Assembly (NCBI GenBank): GCA_963663865.1
Contig: OY760686.1
Span: forward strand, 64,001-128,000
DNA: 64,000 nucleotides
Origin: Spirochaetota bacterium
GTDB lineage: Bacteria; Spirochaetota; UBA4802; UBA5550
Direction: 5' to 3'
Below the pieces are notes generated by a model, which was not told the DNA's origin, ran no database searches, and worked only from the letters and a program-made list of their open reading frames with translations. Shown one piece after another: positions 60,101-64,000 of the stretch. Numbering within the stretch: the stretch's first letter is position 1; each line of letters begins with the position of its first letter. A program made the translations under genes and the position numbers.

Positions 60101-62721
60101 GCTTTGTGAACACCCTTACCGATGCTGACTACAGGGCTGCTTCGTTTGTACGCTCAGAGAGTTCAGCCTACAAATCACTTTACGGCGACCTTTCAGAAGA
60201 TGAGCTTGACCATGAATCTGAATCTTCACTCCAGCTTTCGTACAATATCAGCGGAGGAGATGAGGTTACTGTTACAAGGCGGTTCAGCAAGACTATAGAC
60301 CTGAGGCACTACAAAACGCTGAATATATGGCTCAATCCGAGGTCATATCAGCAGGGCAATGAATTCAGAGTCTACCTGGGCTCAAGCGATAACGATTTCA
60401 TCGAATATCATTCTGAAATTTCCGAAAGAGATTACTGGAAAAACCTCGCTCTTGTCCTGCAGGAAGGTTCAACCGGAACTGTTAAGCCTTTTTCAACAAC
60501 GGGCAATCCTGACATGAAAAGGATATCCTGGATAAAGATAGGCATCTACGGCCCCGGAAGCAGCGGCAAGCTATGGGTCAACGAGATATACACCTCTGAA
60601 GCAGAGACTATCGCCGACACTGCTCACTGGATTGAAACGGATTTGTCATTCACTAAGCCTCTGTACGTAACGGATGGCGGAACTCCGGTTATGTCTGACC
60701 TCAGCCTGAAGTTCCTGAGCAGGGGGCATGGCTCAGGGTTCTCAAGCGTTGGCAAGGAGAACAACGAGCTTTCGGAGGCCACAGGCGGGTTCTATTCATC
60801 AGCCACAATCGTCCCCGGCTGGAAGGCTGTATTTGACTTCACCAGAGAAAAAAGCTCTACCGACGCACTCAACGATATGGTAGCCGAAACCCTCAGGGGA
60901 AGAACAGTCATCAACACAATAAGCACTTCAACATCATACACACCCGCTGACAGTATTATACCCGGAATACATCTTTCATATCGAGGGGAATCACTCGAAA
61001 ACAGAAGAACTAAAGACATTTCAGGAATCAGCGTAGACTCCGCGACAGAAACAGAAAAGCATGTGCCGGAACTTTTGATTACTGACAGCTTCAGCAATTT
61101 CCTCTGGGGCAAGCTTGAGACAAAATTCAATCTGGGGATGGTCCTGAAGAACAACTCGGTCAAAAATAACTCCACTGAAACCGATGAGGCATCTCTTTCA
61201 CTTATAACAGCGCCTCAGGAGTCCGAAAAAAGAGAGCGTACAGAAACATCCCTCATTCTCGATTACAGCACCTCCTGTTTTTATATACGCCCTCATCTTT
61301 CCCTCACGAGCGAAGAGATTGTTGAGCTTACAGGAAGCACATACTCAACAGACACGTCAGTTCTGAATGACGTAAGCGGCGGATACCACCTTCCCTTTCA
61401 GTACGGCAGCGACATGAGATTCGTCGAGCGGACAAACCGCCTGCAGTTTGCTGCAGGCATAATGGACACATGGCTAATTGCGCCGAGATATGATACAGTT
61501 CTGAGCTACTCGGAAAACGGCTTCTCTGACTACGATGACTCAAATCTCAGCAAATCCGGAAGCTTTCGCCGTGAAAAGGACGGACGAAGTATTGTCGATA
61601 CCGGAATAACCATACCCTTCAGCACACAGAGGCTTTCAGGGACATCACTCGCGTTCATTAAAAACCTGAACCTTGCTTACAACCGATCAATAACTCTTTA
61701 CGAAACGTCAGCCCCTTATGAAGGCGAGGGTACTGATTATTTCGATGAACAGTATGGTATCAGCCGCAGCCTTGCGGGCCTCATGAACGAGGGCATGAAC
61801 ATCTTCAACTACTATCCGGGTTATTTTCTGGGTGGCGGAGGCCATTCAGAAAGAACAAGGGAGTACATTAATTCTCGGTTTAACAGCGGCATAAGCTTCC
61901 CCGACGGATCGGCTGTTTCAGATTATGAAAACCAGCTCAAACTTATCGAATCATTCTCATTAAGCTGGCTTATGGAGTTCGCATCATTCAACAACAGCAC
62001 AACCGCTGGCATTAACCAGGTCACAGAGAGGCTGACTATTAACTCGCTTCCTCAGCAGGTAATCTCATGGGAGATATCAACACAGTTCAACTTCGACATG
62101 ATGAAGCTGTTCCGTTTCGGGTTCTTCCGGCCCAACTCGCCTGAGTCACCGCGACACGACTCAAGCTTTGATATCGGGTACTCTCTCAGGAACAATATGC
62201 TCATTACACAAAATATATACGAGCACACCCACTCACCTCTTATTGGAGTCACGTTCAAATGGGACCGTTCATACATTTCGATTAGCGGCGGCGTTGAATT
62301 AAGAAACAGATCCTACAGTGAGTACATCAGTCAGAACGATGAGCTGTACTTCAGCAACATATCAACTTCAGCAGAACTCGGGGAATTTGACGCCGGATAT
62401 ACATTCTCTACAGTGTACGAAACCGATGTAAAGTGGCTCCACAGATTTTTTGAGCAGTTTCATGCTCTGACTGCGCTTCCGATTTTCACACTCGAATACC
62501 GTATGGCGTTCAACCGCTACGACTACGACATTTCGGCATCACCCGAACCCTATGACATGTTTCTGCTTAACGCTAAACTTACACTTGACCTTCACAGACA
62601 TATACAGGGCGGCATCAGCGCGACCTTTGCCCTCGAACAGTACCGCAACAGAGACACCGAAGCAATCACTTCGAGAATAGTATCATACGAGGGGGCAGCC
62701 AGCCTCACTCTTCTATTTTGA
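57109..62721 (+). CDS. 1870-aa SprA-like large outer-membrane protein
   Basis: Signal peptide; EGRIGERLKVYVDHDS, repeated DY.I.Y..G.I.F units, EDxNGxG.LD acidic loops, amphipathic beta C-half, terminal Phe. Confidence 0.65.
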   Translation: MLNRILKLIKYIALSAVIAVPALSISGNVSYRGILEALNTSFAGNTAPVSSANEPSYRPGDWEKYIVSPQSANYARTSNGSIFSYGDSSGFSSYGSMNLKMSYGGSFFTDSKYRNSDTDRASSSLVSQGFSLSQELKVHMEGRIGERLKVYVDHDSGREDNRYLINYKAAREDELLREINAGEIDLKFGSSKYAVYDDNSAKGLGVDFTVRKGDFRLRAFGSIKEGETVTETFTGSSTQHSVSLKEYQYEKLRYYQLEPFKRYDGLTSVPAASSALYESLNTFTSAATSFSPNNVGIDPSGFALYMDDQNSLNDSGAITLELDGGKYTLLVSGTDYTINHSTGLITFLSSVPAKSRIFAVYNLLSGSTTDPSARTDIYPGRNFVFIKYGYSIDEDSNRDFALASSEDRNGDGKLNLDIYEVRSAYYLGYRQIEQDNFTISFLRENSLLTKDNADRAGKYSIDYENGILFFNKREPFRELLTDDQTDRIYAESTDSSAATSSRISIKADYMHNSRNYQLKYSNLLEGSVKIKVDERTVASSLYSVDYTSGYIAFNDENNPFISPESKVEIKYEYLPAGAQSSDFIGGARADYDLSRDITLGGTVLFSGSTGGGTIPDISSSPDQTMVLEGDISLDLSGRRLADLAEGVTGSKVGTVPARIRAYGEIARSYRKVNSFGKALIDSMESSGEITAISLSEKDWILSSMPWQNGTAEPQSARGILNYLYYRNPSSPGTLRGLSFTPYSVDYSVKPGPYNVAAGHIESSIQEQSSQRSLVLDYDFTSGNTVAIATRKLSSDALDFSSIQYIEFTYRLDGASSDSVNLFIDVGTINEDSDGDGILDTEDSNLNGVLDSDPSRNYSEDSGYSFNGNTPTFIGSGPGLSSSTSGDGILTSEDLNGNGYLDTSGYFMTFPGASSAESLFTVTQTSEWKTGRIYIDSSSFTDSDTEKLKTATAVRMYLRRNSGSSGRLYIDSLKFVSSNWVNPSLDGSQVVGPDQLSLSFVNTLTDADYRAASFVRSESSAYKSLYGDLSEDELDHESESSLQLSYNISGGDEVTVTRRFSKTIDLRHYKTLNIWLNPRSYQQGNEFRVYLGSSDNDFIEYHSEISERDYWKNLALVLQEGSTGTVKPFSTTGNPDMKRISWIKIGIYGPGSSGKLWVNEIYTSEAETIADTAHWIETDLSFTKPLYVTDGGTPVMSDLSLKFLSRGHGSGFSSVGKENNELSEATGGFYSSATIVPGWKAVFDFTREKSSTDALNDMVAETLRGRTVINTISTSTSYTPADSIIPGIHLSYRGESLENRRTKDISGISVDSATETEKHVPELLITDSFSNFLWGKLETKFNLGMVLKNNSVKNNSTETDEASLSLITAPQESEKRERTETSLILDYSTSCFYIRPHLSLTSEEIVELTGSTYSTDTSVLNDVSGGYHLPFQYGSDMRFVERTNRLQFAAGIMDTWLIAPRYDTVLSYSENGFSDYDDSNLSKSGSFRREKDGRSIVDTGITIPFSTQRLSGTSLAFIKNLNLAYNRSITLYETSAPYEGEGTDYFDEQYGISRSLAGLMNEGMNIFNYYPGYFLGGGGHSERTREYINSRFNSGISFPDGSAVSDYENQLKLIESFSLSWLMEFASFNNSTTAGINQVTERLTINSLPQQVISWEISTQFNFDMMKLFRFGFFRPNSPESPRHDSSFDIGYSLRNNMLITQNIYEHTHSPLIGVTFKWDRSYISISGGVELRNRSYSEYISQNDELYFSNISTSAELGEFDAGYTFSTVYETDVKWLHRFFEQFHALTALPIFTLEYRMAFNRYDYDISASPEPYDMFLLNAKLTLDLHRHIQGGISATFALEQYRNRDTEAITSRIVSYEGAASLTLLF

Positions 62722-63825
62722 CTTCACTTTGAAAATATTGATAATGCTGCGCTTGATCCGCTTTGCTTTGATCGACCGTCCCATAATATCACGCTTCTTT
62801 TTAAGCTTCTCGAAAGTGGCCCTCTTTACAATATCCCAGAGCTCGGCACAATCTGAACACTCAGAAAAGTAATCGAGATTCACCTGATATGCCCCTTTAT
62901 ACTTACGGCCCCCCCCTTCGGGCGATATACTTTTAATGATCTCAGAAAGCGATAACGACGCATCGGCGGTCCTCATAGACGCATCAAGGTTCAGCCTTGA
63001 ATTCTTCTTCCTGATTAGCGCAAATACCGTTACGACTGATGCTCTTGTCCTCGTTAAAAGAAAATCAGCTATCAGGGCTATAACATCTCTTTCATGCTCA
63101 TCAATATAGCCTATTCCCGCCATGAGCCAGTCCTTGTGAATGGACTGGTTCTCAGCAGCAATTTCGAGATATTCGCCTATCCGTACATCTATCCCCTTAC
63201 CGGCAATTGTTTTTAGCAGCAGGCTGTCAGATAGCTTTGTCAGAAAATTGATAGCTTTCAAATCAATCTTTCCTGCTCTGCTGTATTTATCCGTGTCCGT
63301 TTGGATTCCGTATAAAAGCGCCGTGTAAAGACGCTTTCTATTCTCTTCTGAAACACCGGCCAATCTGTTTCCCCTCAGCATGAGGGCCAGAATTGTGCAG
63401 GTTGCACCTGCGTCCTGGCGTATCAACCTGAAGTTTACATCTGTGGTAGAATCGACCCTGTCATGGTGGTCAATATGCGCCGCGCAGGGAATAATGCCGG
63501 TAATGCCTTCAACTGCCGGAGCAGGATGATCGACAACTACATATGCGTCGAATTTCTTGATGTCGATTTTGCCGCACTCCTCCTTCAACGGAATATTCAG
63601 CAGGTTGACAAAAGCCGAATTTTGAGGCAGGGAGAGAACGCCCTCACAGCATATCTCAGTCTGGATATCCATAGTCTCGCATATCATGTGAATTGCAAAA
63701 GCGGATGCGATAGCGTCCGGATCAGGTGAGCCTTTAACGTAGACAAGAATAGATCTGTATTTACCAAGCGCCTTAACAAGCGCATAATATTCATTTTTTA
63801 AAAGCTCATTTGCAGGATAACTCAT
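62713..63825 (-). CDS. DHH family phosphoesterase
   Basis: PDPDAIAS, VVDH, IDHHD, GIQTDT, GGG. Confidence 0.9.
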   Translation of the reverse strand: MSYPANELLKNEYYALVKALGKYRSILVYVKGSPDPDAIASAFAIHMICETMDIQTEICCEGVLSLPQNSAFVNLLNIPLKEECGKIDIKKFDAYVVVDHPAPAVEGITGIIPCAAHIDHHDRVDSTTDVNFRLIRQDAGATCTILALMLRGNRLAGVSEENRKRLYTALLYGIQTDTDKYSRAGKIDLKAINFLTKLSDSLLLKTIAGKGIDVRIGEYLEIAAENQSIHKDWLMAGIGYIDEHERDVIALIADFLLTRTRASVVTVFALIRKKNSRLNLDASMRTADASLSLSEIIKSISPEGGGRKYKGAYQVNLDYFSECSDCAELWDIVKRATFEKLKKKRDIMGRSIKAKRIKRSIINIFKVKSK

Positions 63826-64000
63826 ACCGCCTCCGATATAAATTTTAACCAAGCTCCGCAATATTGCAAGCAAAAGAAATTCTCCTTGAAAATATACCGG
63901 CTTGTTTTATCAGCTTGAACTATCGGCTGCGGATTCAACACCCGGCCATAAAAGCTATTGAACCGTCTTTTACATTTGTGGCAATTCCGGGCATTGTTAA

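Overview
Bacterial chromosomal window, most likely a spirochaete related to the Leptospira lineage (inferred from an OmpL37-like protein, an ATP-grasp/FMN-dehydrogenase fusion, a 7TM-AraC regulator and many lipoproteins). About 50 CDSs. The left 41 kb is mostly accessory: three GGDEF cyclases, an ECF sigma factor, a paralogous rsgA, MarR and AraC modules, rtcB, a Dps-like ferritin, an RND permease, large lipoproteins, an MCP and a hybrid kinase. The right 23 kb looks more like core genome, with one IS30 element. I found no rRNA, complete tRNA or CRISPR array. The top candidate for a new system is a full-length, uninterrupted IS110-family (bridge recombinase) homolog at 26597-27778 in which all five catalytic positions appear substituted. 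It lies downstream of a ~380-nt non-coding region and directly upstream of a GH3 glycosidase and an AraC gene, in an AT-rich block bracketed by ~115-bp palindromic repeats. Other notable items: a leader-peptide attenuator upstream of rsgA, an orphan minus-strand terminator suggesting an sRNA, a leaderless marR with duplicated operator, a giant SprA-like outer-membrane protein, and three single-base homopolymer frameshifts that probably are sequencing errors. All family assignments come from motif recognition by eye; no database searches were run.
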